Virus record (IMG/VR): IMGVR_UViG_3300010396_000002
Span: 64,001-128,000 of that record
Origin: a virus
Strand: one strand, 5' to 3'
Length of the DNA stretch: 64,000 nt
The position numbers and the translations under genes are program-made. Under the pieces are notes generated by a model. It saw nothing but the letters and a program-made list of their open reading frames with translations, was not told the DNA's origin and searched no databases. Shown here piece after piece: positions 10,420 to 20,924 of the stretch; position 1 is the stretch's first letter; the number at the start of each line of letters is the position of its first letter.

Positions 10420-10906
10420 ATGAGCAGCGGCAAGGTCTGGACCTGCTGGATCTACTTCGGCAACCTCGAAGGCCCCCGCGGCGGGCCGCCCGATATCCAG
10501 TTCGTTGCCTGCTCGCCGGCGTGCATGGCGAAGTTCAAGCCGGGCAAGAGGCGCTGCCATGGCCCCGCCGAGTTTGCGCCGGGCGAGCTCGGACCAGACG
10601 GCAAGTCCGAGTGCCCGACGTGCGGGCGGCGGGTCGCCGTCACCCGCCATGGGCGCCTGGCGAGCCACAAGCCCGACCACGAGGAACGCCACGCCCGCGA
10701 GAAGCTCTTCCAGGCCGAGGAACTGGCGCGGGAGACGCGCGCGCTCCTCGAGCACCGACGGTGCTCTCGTCCAGGTCCTCTCCGAGGCTGCCGACGAGGT
10801 GAAGGGCTTCAACTTCGACGCCGCCAGGCTCTCCCTGGACGCGGCCTCCGGCGCGATCGAGCAGATCCGCGAGAAGCTCGACGAACTAGAGCGCGGGCAG
10901 GGGTAG
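10420..10906 (+). CDS. hypothetical protein, frameshifted near 10756
   Basis: Frame 1 ...RALLEH joins frame 2 DGALVQVLSEAADEV...ERGQG*. Confidence 0.5.
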
Positions 10907-10965
10907 CGAAAATCGCTACCCCCATGGAAGACGAAGGCCCCGGCGAGTCGCGATCTCCCGGGGCC
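10901..10965. terminator. hairpins at the convergent junction
   Basis: GGGTAGCGA-AAA-TCGCTACCC (10901-10921) and GGCCCCGG...CCGGGGCC (10936-10965), the latter followed by TTCGTCTT on the minus strand. Confidence 0.5.
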
Positions 10966-11445
10966 ACACGGTGCTTGGAGCCACCGCCTCGCCTCCCAGC
11001 CTCGGGCTCCATCCCTCCGCTGGGTACTTCAACCACTTCCTGCTCTGGTTGAACACCTACAGCTCGGAACAGCGGCCTCCTCGCGGGGGCTCCGGGCTTG
11101 CCCGAAGGGTCGCCCAGGACGGCCTTCCCGGTCAAGCCTTGCGGCGAGGAGCTGGCGTCGGTAGGTTCTGCGGGACGGCGCACCACATCGCAGCGCGGTG
11201 TCGTCCAGACTCTCCCACGCTGCACCGCGCCGTTGCACTTCACCCTGGAGCTCCGGCCCCGGGGTTGAGGTGCTAGTGCGAGCCGAAGCGCTCGGGCCAG
11301 AGCCGCCGGTCGATGATTCCGGCGATCTCGTGCTTGGTGTGGTTGTTGATGATGCCGCGCTCCTGCGCGGTCGCGATGACGCTCTTCGTGAAGGCGTTGA
11401 GACGACGCCGGAGGAGCCTCGTCACGACCCGGTCGACGAGGCCCT

Positions 11446-12537
11446 TCACGATGGCGCTCCCTTCTCGCCGAAGACCTCGGAGACCGTCGGCGGCCGATCC
11501 CCGACGTAAACCTGCCCGTCGGGCGCGATGCAGACCGGCTTGCCTTCGCCCTCCACCATGGCGCGCTCGATGTCGGCGACCGTGACACCACCAGCCCCAC
11601 CGATCCCGGCGGGGTGCATGTCGCCACCAGCAGCCTGGTCCGGCGTGCCCCTGTTGCCCGCTGATCCGGCAGGCGGAGGCGGCTGGCGGGCCCTGAGCTT
11701 CTCGTGCCAGCGCTTGCCACCGTACTTGAGACGGCGCTTGAGCGTCGAGGCGACGAACTGCCCGATCGCGTCCTCGATGGACGACGCCGGCGCCGAGAAG
11801 CTGCGCGTCGCGTCGTCGTCGATGTCCCACGAGCTCTCACCCTTGCCAGGGATCGGGATCTCGTCGCCGTCGCACATCGTGATCTTGACGTCGGTGAACA
11901 CCTTGGTCAGCCAGCGCGGGCGCTCGATCCGCACCTCGCTGAAGGTCGCGACGCCGTCGTAGGAGCGCTCCGGCATCGGGACTTGGACAGTTCGGCATGC
12001 GAGCGGACGGCGGATGACGGTCTCCTCGCCGCGGAGAAGCTTGTCGAGGCTGAGGCTTCCATCACGCCAGCGCGGCGTGCTGCACCACTCGTTCGGGTCG
12101 GCCCAGGCCCGCCACCACACAGATCCATCGTGGAAGCGCAGGCTGACCTCGCGCTCGATCCCGAGGATGCTCACCTTGTCGTGCCTGCTCTTGCGCGTCA
12201 TGCCGATGGCGTAGAGCGCATCGTGAAGCCACCGCGCTTCGATCCCGATGTAGAGCGCAGCGATGCCGACGCCGACGCTCAGGAGCGCCTCGCCGTCTCC
12301 CGAGTCGACGTTGAGCGCGAGCCTCGTGCCTGCGTCGATGCCCAGCTTCCAGCTCGCCCGCAGCGCCATCTGATCGTTGCCGGTCGGATAGACGTACGCC
12401 CGGCCGTGGAGGAGAGCCGACCCAGCCGGTTCCCCGGTCGGCCCTTCGTTGAGGTTCTGCCAGTGCCCGTACCAGCCGGGCTCGGACCCGTCGCGGCCGA
12501 ACAGCCAGCCGCCCCGCCTGTGCTTCGTCTGCCCCAT
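11446..12537 (-). CDS. hypothetical protein
   Basis: 363-aa ORF with good codon usage and G-rich SD. Confidence 0.7.
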   Translation of the reverse strand: MGQTKHRRGGWLFGRDGSEPGWYGHWQNLNEGPTGEPAGSALLHGRAYVYPTGNDQMALRASWKLGIDAGTRLALNVDSGDGEALLSVGVGIAALYIGIEARWLHDALYAIGMTRKSRHDKVSILGIEREVSLRFHDGSVWWRAWADPNEWCSTPRWRDGSLSLDKLLRGEETVIRRPLACRTVQVPMPERSYDGVATFSEVRIERPRWLTKVFTDVKITMCDGDEIPIPGKGESSWDIDDDATRSFSAPASSIEDAIGQFVASTLKRRLKYGGKRWHEKLRARQPPPPAGSAGNRGTPDQAAGGDMHPAGIGGAGGVTVADIERAMVEGEGKPVCIAPDGQVYVGDRPPTVSEVFGEKGAPS

Positions 12538-12546
12538 GTCCCCCCC

Positions 12547-13308
12547 TCAGGCCCTGGCGCCCTTGCCGGGCTTCCCGCGCTCGGCGGTCTTCTTGATCTT
12601 CTTCGTCCCCGCCGCGGCGGCCGCAGCCTTCTTCGCCGCCTTCGGGGGCTTGGTCCCGTTCGTCTCTTCGGCCTCCGCGGAAGCCTTCCCCTTCGGCGCC
12701 GCTCGAGGCTTGCTGCCCGCGGAGGGCTTGCCGATGTCGAACGCGTCGACCATCGGGAAGAGGGCGCCCTGGTCGAGCTTCTTGCGCTCGTCGGCAGTGA
12801 ACGGCGTACGGCTGCCGGGCACCTCGACGCGCGTCCCGGAGTCGAGGCGGTAGAGCACCCGCTCGTTCTCCTCGAACACGGCGACGACGTCGACCTCGAC
12901 CTCGCGCGTACCGCTATTGACCTCCTTGGTGAACTTCACCCAGTCGACCTTGAGCGGCTTGAGCTGCCTGACGAACTCCGAGGCGTCGTCGCGCGCTTTC
13001 TTCTGGAGCGGCACGAGCTTGCAAGCGTATCCCGCCAGCTCGGCCTTCCTGCGCACGAGTTCCTCGCCGCTGAAGTCCTTCGCGTTGATCTGCTGGGCGA
13101 GCTTGTCGTGATCCTTCTTGACCGGGTTGATGTCGTTGCGGTGCTTCCGCGCGACCCTGCCCTTGGCCTCCTCGATAGGCTCGATGAGGCAGGAGAGGCG
13201 CGCGACCTCGGCGTTCGCCTTCTTCACCTCCTCGGCGTCGATCACGACCGGCAGCTTCGCCTTGCCGACCTCTTCCCAGAACCCCGTCGAATCGTTCTTC
13301 TGAGCCAT
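12547..13308 (-). CDS. hypothetical protein with Lys/Ala-rich tail
   Basis: 253-aa ORF; AAGGA SD. Confidence 0.7.
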   Translation of the reverse strand: MAQKNDSTGFWEEVGKAKLPVVIDAEEVKKANAEVARLSCLIEPIEEAKGRVARKHRNDINPVKKDHDKLAQQINAKDFSGEELVRRKAELAGYACKLVPLQKKARDDASEFVRQLKPLKVDWVKFTKEVNSGTREVEVDVVAVFEENERVLYRLDSGTRVEVPGSRTPFTADERKKLDQGALFPMVDAFDIGKPSAGSKPRAAPKGKASAEAEETNGTKPPKAAKKAAAAAAGTKKIKKTAERGKPGKGARA

Positions 13309-13332
13309 CCCCGTCCTTCTTCCTGCCGGGGT

Positions 13333-14487
13333 CTATGCCCGGCGCTGCACTGGTTGCCGGTCAACCCTGCGGATGACCGCGGGCTGCCGGTCGGCAACCC
13401 GGTAGAGGTACTCGAGACCGTTCCCCTGGTCGATCTCATGGCGCGCAAGGACCACCTTCTGGGGCTCGCCCTTGCGCGCGGGTGCATAGACCTCGATCGT
13501 CTCGGCGAAGCCGCACTGGGCAGCCACGTTGTCGAACGCCACAGCGTTCCAATCCTCGGCCCCCTCCTCCTGCTGCCAGGGGAGCGCTGCATAGGCCGGA
13601 CGCGCTTGCGCATGAAGCACGGGGCCCTCCCCGGCGGTTGTCTTGCTCGTCTTCGCCGTCTCGGTCGCGAGCACGTAGGAGGCCCGAGCACCCTCGCCGC
13701 TGGCGAAGACCAGCTCGTCGCGCTCCTCGAGCCAGACGATCGCCGAGTCGACGATCCCTGGAAGCACGTCGGAGACGGCTGCATGGAGCTGGTCGCGGGT
13801 GCGCTCGCCTCGGTCCAGGGCCCGGATCGCTGTAACGGCCGGCGCCAGGTGCTCGGGCACGTCGGAGGGAGGCGTTGCCCGGCTTGGCGTCGCGGTCGGC
13901 GCCGGATGTCGGCGGAGCACACGGGCGCCGGCGAGGATAGCAGTCGGCTGCGGCGCGCCGCACTTCGGGCACAGCACCGGGCCGTCGCCAGCGTCCTCGC
14001 GCACCAGCGAGCCGGATCCCTTGCAAACCTGGGCGAGCTTCGCCGGCGCGCGCGCGACGGGAGCGGCACCGTCCACCGATGTGCTGGAGCTCGGGCGCTC
14101 CCAGCCGGGGATCGTGTCGGCCATGCCGGAGCGGTTCATCTTGGAGAACCAGTCGGCGCCGATGAGCAGCACCTTCTCGTCGGGATGGTAGCGCGCCATG
14201 CGCTCGAGCTTCACCCGGCTCTTCGCGTCGAAATGCCCCTTGGTCTCATGGTACTCATGGTGCCCGTCCGGGTAGACGACCTTGAAGTCCGGCTTGTAGC
14301 TTGTCGTGCCGCGGCGGATGCCGTCGAACCAGAACGTCTTGGGCTCGTACTCCCACGAGACGATCTCGCCCTTTGCTTGAAGCGACCGCAACCACCTCGC
14401 GTAGTTCGCTTCAGCCGCGGACTTCCAGTAGGTGTCGCCGAGGTCAGCTCGACGTCCCTTCACGCTGTGGTGTGGATGGATGGGCAT
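13333..14487 (-). CDS. PD-(D/E)XK endonuclease (DUF1064-like) with C-terminal extension
   Basis: KSAAEANYA...WEYEPKTF...YKPDF...HETKG...SRVK. Confidence 0.75.
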   Translation of the reverse strand: MPIHPHHSVKGRRADLGDTYWKSAAEANYARWLRSLQAKGEIVSWEYEPKTFWFDGIRRGTTSYKPDFKVVYPDGHHEYHETKGHFDAKSRVKLERMARYHPDEKVLLIGADWFSKMNRSGMADTIPGWERPSSSTSVDGAAPVARAPAKLAQVCKGSGSLVREDAGDGPVLCPKCGAPQPTAILAGARVLRRHPAPTATPSRATPPSDVPEHLAPAVTAIRALDRGERTRDQLHAAVSDVLPGIVDSAIVWLEERDELVFASGEGARASYVLATETAKTSKTTAGEGPVLHAQARPAYAALPWQQEEGAEDWNAVAFDNVAAQCGFAETIEVYAPARKGEPQKVVLARHEIDQGNGLEYLYRVADRQPAVIRRVDRQPVQRRA

Positions 14488-14679
14488 GGTCTCGCGCAGC
14501 AAGGAACGCTGCTCGTCAGGGACGGAAGACGCAGGCCGAGCACCGCAGCGAACGCCCCGAACGCGAGAGGAGCCTACCACAGCCCCTGCACTTGGTGGGC
14601 GGTCTCACGACGACGGGCAACGTTCCAGGCATCCGGCCAGGGCGAGACCTCGGGAACGGCCGTGGCGGAGGCCGACGGA

Positions 14680-15363
14680 TCACCGGCCCGCGCCTCCCTG
14701 GATCACGCGGAACCGGCCCACCTTCTGAGCCTCCAGCCCGGAACGCACGCACGACTCGCAGAGCTGGACGTCTCGCCACCGCACGAACTCGGTCACGTTT
14801 ACCGGCACCTTCGACAGCCCTTGGTGCGGGAGAGACGCCTTGTAGGCCGTAGCGCCAGGCACGAGGTCGCCCTTGCAGGCCGTGCAGGTATGCGGCGGGC
14901 GCTTGGCTCCGGTCCTCGTCGGCCGTCGCTGTCCTACCTGGTAGGCGTACAGCACGCGCGCGTCGTCGTGGAAGTGCGCCGTGTAGACGGTGCCGTCCCT
15001 CGTGAAGGCCCAGACGTCGCCGCCCCTGTCGTGCTCGAGGAGCCGCTCCGCGGCCTTGGCGACACAGACCAGGCCCTGAGACATGTCCTTCACCTTGCCA
15101 GGCTCCACGTCGAACAGGGCGAAGCCCATGGTCACCTTGCCGTTGCGCTGGACACCGGCGAGCCATAGCGGCTTGACGTCTGCGATCCGCCACTGTCTCC
15201 CGTCCCAGGTCTTGTACTGCGGGCAGTCCGGGATGTTGGTGCACTGCCACTCCAGCCCGAAGTTGAAGCGGTTCGACACGACCGGCAGCAGCATCATGCC
15301 GCAAGAGCACTTCGGCCAGTTCTTCGCTGGCGCTCCGACCCATCCAAGGAAGCCCGAGATCAT
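14680..15363 (-). CDS. hypothetical Zn-finger protein
   Basis: CSC...C..CP and CTAC...CESC motifs; GGAGG SD. Confidence 0.6.
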   Translation of the reverse strand: MISGFLGWVGAPAKNWPKCSCGMMLLPVVSNRFNFGLEWQCTNIPDCPQYKTWDGRQWRIADVKPLWLAGVQRNGKVTMGFALFDVEPGKVKDMSQGLVCVAKAAERLLEHDRGGDVWAFTRDGTVYTAHFHDDARVLYAYQVGQRRPTRTGAKRPPHTCTACKGDLVPGATAYKASLPHQGLSKVPVNVTEFVRWRDVQLCESCVRSGLEAQKVGRFRVIQGGAGR

Positions 15364-15725
15364 GTAGCTACCTCCCCAAGCCCAGCGACGCGCCGAGCCT
15401 CCAGACACGTTAGTCCACCGACGCGGAACATAGAGCAGTCCTTCGGGCGCCGGCCGTAGATCGCACACGACACCCGCGAGCCAACGGAGCCGCGGAGCGC
15501 GACGCACACCGTCCCGTCCTTGGTCTCCTTCGTAGCCAAGCGCATCCCATCCTCGGTGCTGCCGTCGAGACACCGGCCGATGTTGTCGACCACGTACATG
15601 CGCCGGTAGCGCGGCGAAAGCTTGGTGATGTCCTTGGCATCGAGCGCGACGTACCCAGCGGGCGCGCCGGCGAAGTCCGAGATGCAACACGCCCCGCAGG
15701 TGCGACAGTCGAGGCTCACAGGCAC
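15360..15725 (-). CDS. YkgJ-family (CxxCxxCC) cysteine-cluster protein
   Basis: DCRTCGACC...CVAL...CAIYGRRPKDC. Confidence 0.85.
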   Translation of the reverse strand: MPVSLDCRTCGACCISDFAGAPAGYVALDAKDITKLSPRYRRMYVVDNIGRCLDGSTEDGMRLATKETKDGTVCVALRGSVGSRVSCAIYGRRPKDCSMFRVGGLTCLEARRVAGLGEVAT

Positions 15726-16261
15726 CCCTGTTCTCCAGGCGCTTCCTTGCGCGGCTTCTTCCGCTTCGGTGCAGGCGGAGCCTTCCCGGCTGCGATGTCG
15801 GCGAGGAAGGCGACTTCCTCGCGCCGCTTGGCCTCAGCGAGCGCTGCTTCGTACTGCGCATGCAGATCACGAAAGGCTGCCGCGTCGCCACCATGGTCCG
15901 GGTGCAGGCGCTTCGCCTCGCGTCGGTAGGCGGCCTTCACCGCTGCGACCGAAGCATCGGGCTCGAGGCCGAGCGCCGCGAAACCAGCCATGGCGATGGC
16001 GTCGAAGTCCTTCCCGGCCGCCCGGCGAACGGGGGCCCCAGCGCGGTACGCCTTCGCGGTGAGCGCTTCGCCTACGCAGATGTCGAAGATGGCGCGGCCA
16101 CGCCCCTTTCGGAGCGAATCGTAGGCCGCACCGACCGCGGCGTCCGTCGTTCGCGAGCCCTCGACGAAGCCGTAGTCGTCTGGCAGCGCAGAAGTATTGC
16201 GTCGAGGATCCTCCGTCCACCAGGTGCACCAGAACGTACGGGCGAGCTCGGGCCGAATCAC
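15716..16261 (-). CDS. J-domain protein
   Basis: LGLEPDASVAAVKAAYRREAKRLHPDHGG (HPD motif). Confidence 0.85.
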   Translation of the reverse strand: MIRPELARTFWCTWWTEDPRRNTSALPDDYGFVEGSRTTDAAVGAAYDSLRKGRGRAIFDICVGEALTAKAYRAGAPVRRAAGKDFDAIAMAGFAALGLEPDASVAAVKAAYRREAKRLHPDHGGDAAAFRDLHAQYEAALAEAKRREEVAFLADIAAGKAPPAPKRKKPRKEAPGEQGCL

Positions 16262-16370
16262 GACCCCTCAATGCTGCCGCCCGGCGCATCGGCCGCTGGT
16301 ACGAAGAGGATCCCGTACCAGCCCCATGCGGCCATGCCGCTGCCCCGCTGCGCCATCGATCTGCGACGGC

Positions 16371-16868
16371 TCACGCCCCAGCTCCGGACGCCACGAGCCG
16401 GAGCGTGCACCGGCCCTCGCACTTGACGAACGCGCGATCCTTGTTGAGGTCATGGCAGCCACCGCGGCCACGCGAACAGATCATGCCCATGAAGCCAGGC
16501 TCCCGCGTCACCACCAGCCCGGGGCCACCGTTGGCCTTCAGCTTCTTGTGGTTGCACGAGAGCCCATCGCGAAGCACGCACGGGCCGCAGAGCTTCGGGA
16601 AGCTGCCCGGCAGGCCCTGCGAGTCGACGTAGAGCCGCGGGTGCGCGGTCACGGCCTTCGAGCAGGCCCCGTGGCCGATGCCGATGAAGAGCAACGACCC
16701 GGGTTGCGGAAGCGGTCGGTCCCGCTCGTCGCACTCGACGTAGAGCTGGAGCCCCTTCTCGGCGAGCTGGCCACAGACGTTGCACGCGGCCATCGGGTCG
16801 GCAGGCCGGTGCGCCGTCAGCGGTTCGGTCGCAGCGATGCGCGCGGCGTTCGGCTTGGTCTTGCTCAC
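16371..16868 (-). CDS. hypothetical Cys-rich protein
   Basis: GTG start coupled to upstream stop; several Cys pairs. Confidence 0.55.
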   Translation of the reverse strand: MSKTKPNAARIAATEPLTAHRPADPMAACNVCGQLAEKGLQLYVECDERDRPLPQPGSLLFIGIGHGACSKAVTAHPRLYVDSQGLPGSFPKLCGPCVLRDGLSCNHKKLKANGGPGLVVTREPGFMGMICSRGRGGCHDLNKDRAFVKCEGRCTLRLVASGAGA

Positions 16869-17118
16869 GACGTTGCACCAGCGTTGACGCCGGCCGTTGG
16901 GCAGCTCGCCATGTAGTGCCCTGCCACACCGCACGGGCAGACGTTGCGGGTCGCCATCCCCTTCCGTTGCCGGTGCTTCAGCCCCCGCCGTTGCTGGGCC
17001 TCGTGGTGCTCCTTGCAGCGGATGAAGTCCTTGAACACAGGCTTCCGGTTGCCCCGCGGGCAGTTCAGGCAGACCCCAGCCAGGGCGCACTCGATCTTGC
17101 GGCGAAGGTCGCTGGCCC

Positions 17119-17607
17119 TCACGGCTCACCAGCCTTCGCGAGGAGGCTCTGCGCCTCGAGCCGCTTCGGCGGGATGATGGTGACGCGCACGCCAGCCTCG
17201 ACGGCTCGGAGGCACATGTCCCCGGTGCCCGTCGGCTGGTTGCCAGGCTTGCGGAGCGCGTACGTGAACGCGAGCACGACGTCGGGCTGCTCTGCATCGA
17301 GTTGGCGCTGGTTGCGCCGGGGGCCCGCGCCCGGCCACGGCCCGTCGAGCGCATGGTCGACTGGGTAGGCGCGAACCTCGAGCCCGAGCTCCCGCGCCAC
17401 GTCGGCGGCGATGAGGTCAGCCCCTTCGATGGCGACGCCCTTGTCGTCGCGCTTCCCGCACCCGCCGTGCACCACGATCGATCCAGGATGGAGCTTGGCG
17501 AGCCACTCCTTGATGACTGCCCGCTGCGTCCAGTCTCTGGCCCCGCAAACGAGCACGACCAACCGCCTGCCGTCGCGCACGACCTGGTGCTGCTGCTTGG
17601 CGGTCAC
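17119..17607 (-). CDS. SLOG-family (DUF2493-like) protein
   Basis: VLVCGARDW...VVHGG...GADLIA...AGPRRN...VLAF...GTGDM. Confidence 0.85.
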   Translation of the reverse strand: MTAKQQHQVVRDGRRLVVLVCGARDWTQRAVIKEWLAKLHPGSIVVHGGCGKRDDKGVAIEGADLIAADVARELGLEVRAYPVDHALDGPWPGAGPRRNQRQLDAEQPDVVLAFTYALRKPGNQPTGTGDMCLRAVEAGVRVTIIPPKRLEAQSLLAKAGEP

Positions 17608-18182
17608 GGGGACCTCGACGCGTGCCGACGATCCGCTTGGAGCGCGGCCCAGGCGAGCGCAGCGACCCGCACCAACTGCTTGCGGTACGCGCTCGGGTTG
17701 CGCTCGTCTACGGGCGGGACCGTGATCGTGAACGTCCAGGCTCTGTCGTGGTCCACGCTCCCGGCCGGGTTGCGGCCGTGCTCGAAGCGCAGCGCGCCGC
17801 TCAGCATCTTCCCGGCATGGCCAAGGATGTAGCTCAGCCAGTCGAGGCCGGTGTGCTCGTCGTCGTGCTCGGGGCCTCCCCACTGCTGATCCTGGCGCGC
17901 GCGCTCCGCCATGACCTCGTCGAGGATCGGCGCCAGCCCCTCACGCTCCGCTCGAAGGGCATCGCGCTCGCCTCGAATGCGCTGGATCGCGCTCACGATG
18001 TCGGCGCGGTACTGCCCTCCGTCGGCCACGCGCTGGCATGCCTCGATGATGCTCTCCTCGCGGCGCTTCAGGTAGGTGCGGTCCGCCTCGACCTGAAGCA
18101 GGGCCCGTGCGACCAACGATGCCGGCTCCGACTTGGCCCACGCCAGCGCCTCTGCCATCTCGGCTTCGGTCAGCCCGCTCAT
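17604..18182 (-). CDS. MazG-like all-alpha NTP pyrophosphohydrolase-type protein
   Basis: EVMAERARQDQQWG...W..Y...QLVRVAALA pattern. Confidence 0.5.
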   Translation of the reverse strand: MSGLTEAEMAEALAWAKSEPASLVARALLQVEADRTYLKRREESIIEACQRVADGGQYRADIVSAIQRIRGERDALRAEREGLAPILDEVMAERARQDQQWGGPEHDDEHTGLDWLSYILGHAGKMLSGALRFEHGRNPAGSVDHDRAWTFTITVPPVDERNPSAYRKQLVRVAALAWAALQADRRHASRSP

Positions 18183-19162
18183 GCCTCAGCTCCAGCGTTG
18201 GTGGTGGAAGGCCGCCGCGTACACGCGCACCCGATGCAGATGTAGCCGAGCGACTTGCCGGCGTGCTGGTGCGAGCAGACCGGACACGCGCCGGCCATCT
18301 CCTTCTCCGCCTTCGCGTCCGCTGCCATCTGCGCCTCCGTCGCCGCCACGTCGGCCGGCTGGATCACCGCCACGACCTGGCCGGAGGTCAGGCTGACCTT
18401 CACGGCATCCAGCTTGCCGCGCACAGACCAGAGCGCGTCGGGGTAGACCACCCGCACGAGGTCGCGGACGTAGATCGGGATCACCGACTCGCCCATGGCG
18501 ATGCTCACGTGGTCCCAGTGCTCCGGCCAGCCCAGCTCGGAGGGCCTGCGCGCATCGGTCACGAGCCGGTACCCGGCCCGCGACAAGTGGGCTCCGATCT
18601 GCTCCGCGGTGAGCCGCCGCTCCGCGCGAAGCTCGGCCGTCCTCCGCGCGCTCTCCTGCTTGTTGTGCGCGGTGACCTTGAGCCCGAAGGCGTCCTCGAC
18701 GGCGTCCAGGCTGGTCCCCTCCGGCATCGCGATCAGCGTCTTGCCGTCGGTGACCCAGACGCGGCCGCTGCACGAACCGAACCGGAGCTTGGGCCACGGC
18801 GCCATGTAGCTCGGCGTCCGCAGCCCCCAGCCAGTGCGCGCAAGCGCGGGCCGCCACGCCGCCGGCGCCCAGTCGAACTCTGGATCGTCCTGGTGGCGGA
18901 GCGCGGCCAGAGCCTCGTGGTCGCCAACCCACTCCTCGACGTGGATGTCGTGCTCGGGGCACCCGAACCGGAACCAGGCCCGGATGCTAGCGTCGATCGC
19001 CTTGGTGCTGCTGTTGTCGACGTCGCCGGCGCAGAAGCCGACCAGGTCCTCGTCGCAGCCTGCGTGCTGGCACTTGCCCGGCATGCGCGGCAGCGCGTCC
19101 GCCATCTCGATGTAGGCCGCGGTCCTGCCTCGCGGCCCGATGCTCACCTGGTTCTCGCTCAT
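18179..19162 (-). CDS. hypothetical protein
   Basis: GAGG SD; ATGA coupling. Confidence 0.6.
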   Translation of the reverse strand: MSENQVSIGPRGRTAAYIEMADALPRMPGKCQHAGCDEDLVGFCAGDVDNSSTKAIDASIRAWFRFGCPEHDIHVEEWVGDHEALAALRHQDDPEFDWAPAAWRPALARTGWGLRTPSYMAPWPKLRFGSCSGRVWVTDGKTLIAMPEGTSLDAVEDAFGLKVTAHNKQESARRTAELRAERRLTAEQIGAHLSRAGYRLVTDARRPSELGWPEHWDHVSIAMGESVIPIYVRDLVRVVYPDALWSVRGKLDAVKVSLTSGQVVAVIQPADVAATEAQMAADAKAEKEMAGACPVCSHQHAGKSLGYICIGCACTRRPSTTNAGAEA

Positions 19163-19460
19163 CGCTTCGCCCTCCTCTTCGCTTCCGCCTCGTCGCGCTT
19201 CCGTTGCTCTTCGATCTTTGCTCTGACCTTGGCCATCGCTGCATCCTCGGCCGCGATCGTTTCCTTCATCGCGCCCCAGTCTGCATGCGAGTCGACCATC
19301 CTCTTCCAGACCGCTCGGCACCCGTCATGGGTCCCGTACTGAGCCTCCGCGTCGTTGAGCGGGGCCTCGCACCAGGGGACCAGGCACTTGCTGTACGGCC
19401 GGAAGCGCCGGAAGCCTTCGCCCCCGAGCTGCGCCTTGACCTGTTCGCTGACGTCGTCGC

Positions 19461-20924
19461 TCACTCCTCGAACCTCGTCAGGCTCTTGGTGAACCACATG
19501 GCGATCTCTGCCGAGTCGTCGCCGTGCCGGTTCTTCTCGAACACGAGGTCGGCGCGCACCTGCCCCCCGCGCGTAGGCGATGGAGTCTTCGGCGGGTTCT
19601 TCGCCGTCTTCAGCACCGCCAGCGTCTGCGCGTGCGTCTTCAGGCTCGGCGCGCCGAACGCCCCACCCTCGCTGTTGAGCTGGGTGATCACGACCGCGGC
19701 GAAGTCGAGCTTGAGCGCGAGGTCTTCGATCTCGCGCCCCACACGGTCGAGCTTCTCGTTGGTCGAGTCGTTCCTCCGCGCGTCGGGTTCGTTCGAGCCG
19801 AACCGCTGCACCGTGTCGAAGACGACGACGGAGAGCCGCGCCGGGCAGTTCTGGCCATGCTCGGCGCACGGCCACCCCTCCTTCTCGAGCTTCGTCTTCC
19901 AGGCGCGCAACTCGACGCGCAGCCGGCGGACCGTGAGCTTGTTGTCGTCGTGGATGAAGATCGGGAGCGATCGGATCCACTCGGCCGCACCGTGCAGCGC
20001 CGGCCAGTGGCTCTTCACGGGGTTCCCGTACTCGTCGGTCTCGACCATCTGCTTCGTGCGTAGACGCGTCTCGCTCACGCCACCGTAGGTGCAGGCGAGC
20101 GCCGTCGCGATCTGGGCGCGGGTCATCGAGTCGGCGACCGCGAAGAAGACTCCTTCGTAGATGTGCCCACCGTCGGGCGTCGGCGTCGGTGTGCGCGCGA
20201 TGTTCGCGCCCCACTGGCGAGTCAGGCTGCTCTTGCCGCCGCCCGAACGCCCCCCGAGGAGCAGTACCTCGCGCCGGTGCAGGCCGCCCGTCGTCTGGTC
20301 GAACTGCTCGAACTGCGTCGCGAGGCCAGCGACCTTGCCTGTCGTCGAGGCGTCCCGCTCGGCGCGGTCCATCGCCTCCTTCATCGACTCCTGGATCGTA
20401 ACCGCGCTCGTGCGCGCGCCGAGGTCGGCGGCGTCCTGCACGAGCCCGACCGTCACGTCGGCCCAGTCCGCGCCGATCTTGCCGCCCATGGCAATCGCCT
20501 TCTGGGCATCGAGCGTCGAGAGCACGGTCCGGTTGCGCGCGTGCTCGCGGATCGCTTCGCAGTAGCTGCGCACGTTCTGCGACGGGCCGTGCTGGGCGAC
20601 GAGCATCCGCACCTGCGGTTCGCCGATGCTGTCGAGGTAGCCCAGGCGATCCAGCGTCGAGAGCAGCAGCTCCACGTCGATCGCGCCGCGCGTCTTCCGC
20701 GTGTCGCGCACGCCCTCCCACAGGCGCTGGTAGTTCGCGCCGTAGAAGTGCTGCGGCTCGAGGATCTCCAGCGCGAGGTCGCACTGTTCGACGTCGAGCA
20801 CGCACGCCGCAATCGTGGCGCGCTGGATCCGCTCGTCGTGCGGTGGGGCCGGCTCCTTCGGCGGCGGCACGGCGCGCAGGTGTGGAAGGGACTGCTTCTG
20901 GACTTCGGGTGCTCCGCTGCTCAT
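19461..20924 (-). CDS. dnaB: replicative DNA helicase, DnaB family
   Basis: N-terminal PPHD...LEPQHFY; GLATQFEQFDQTTGGL; Walker A GGRSGGGKS; VVVFDTVQ; ITQLN; KNRHG. Confidence 0.85.
   Translation of the reverse strand: MSSGAPEVQKQSLPHLRAVPPPKEPAPPHDERIQRATIAACVLDVEQCDLALEILEPQHFYGANYQRLWEGVRDTRKTRGAIDVELLLSTLDRLGYLDSIGEPQVRMLVAQHGPSQNVRSYCEAIREHARNRTVLSTLDAQKAIAMGGKIGADWADVTVGLVQDAADLGARTSAVTIQESMKEAMDRAERDASTTGKVAGLATQFEQFDQTTGGLHRREVLLLGGRSGGGKSSLTRQWGANIARTPTPTPDGGHIYEGVFFAVADSMTRAQIATALACTYGGVSETRLRTKQMVETDEYGNPVKSHWPALHGAAEWIRSLPIFIHDDNKLTVRRLRVELRAWKTKLEKEGWPCAEHGQNCPARLSVVVFDTVQRFGSNEPDARRNDSTNEKLDRVGREIEDLALKLDFAAVVITQLNSEGGAFGAPSLKTHAQTLAVLKTAKNPPKTPSPTRGGQVRADLVFEKNRHGDDSAEIAMWFTKSLTRFEE

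Noticed and set aside
10907-11272. tmRNA or RNase P RNA
   Set aside because: Length fits, but there is no T-loop/CCA end and no GAGGAAAGTCC signature
11704-15168. 1154-aa plus-strand ORF and similar long ORFs (6020-8491, 33031-34791, 57456-59456)
   Set aside because: Antisense shadows of real genes, expected at this GC content; no motifs or SD
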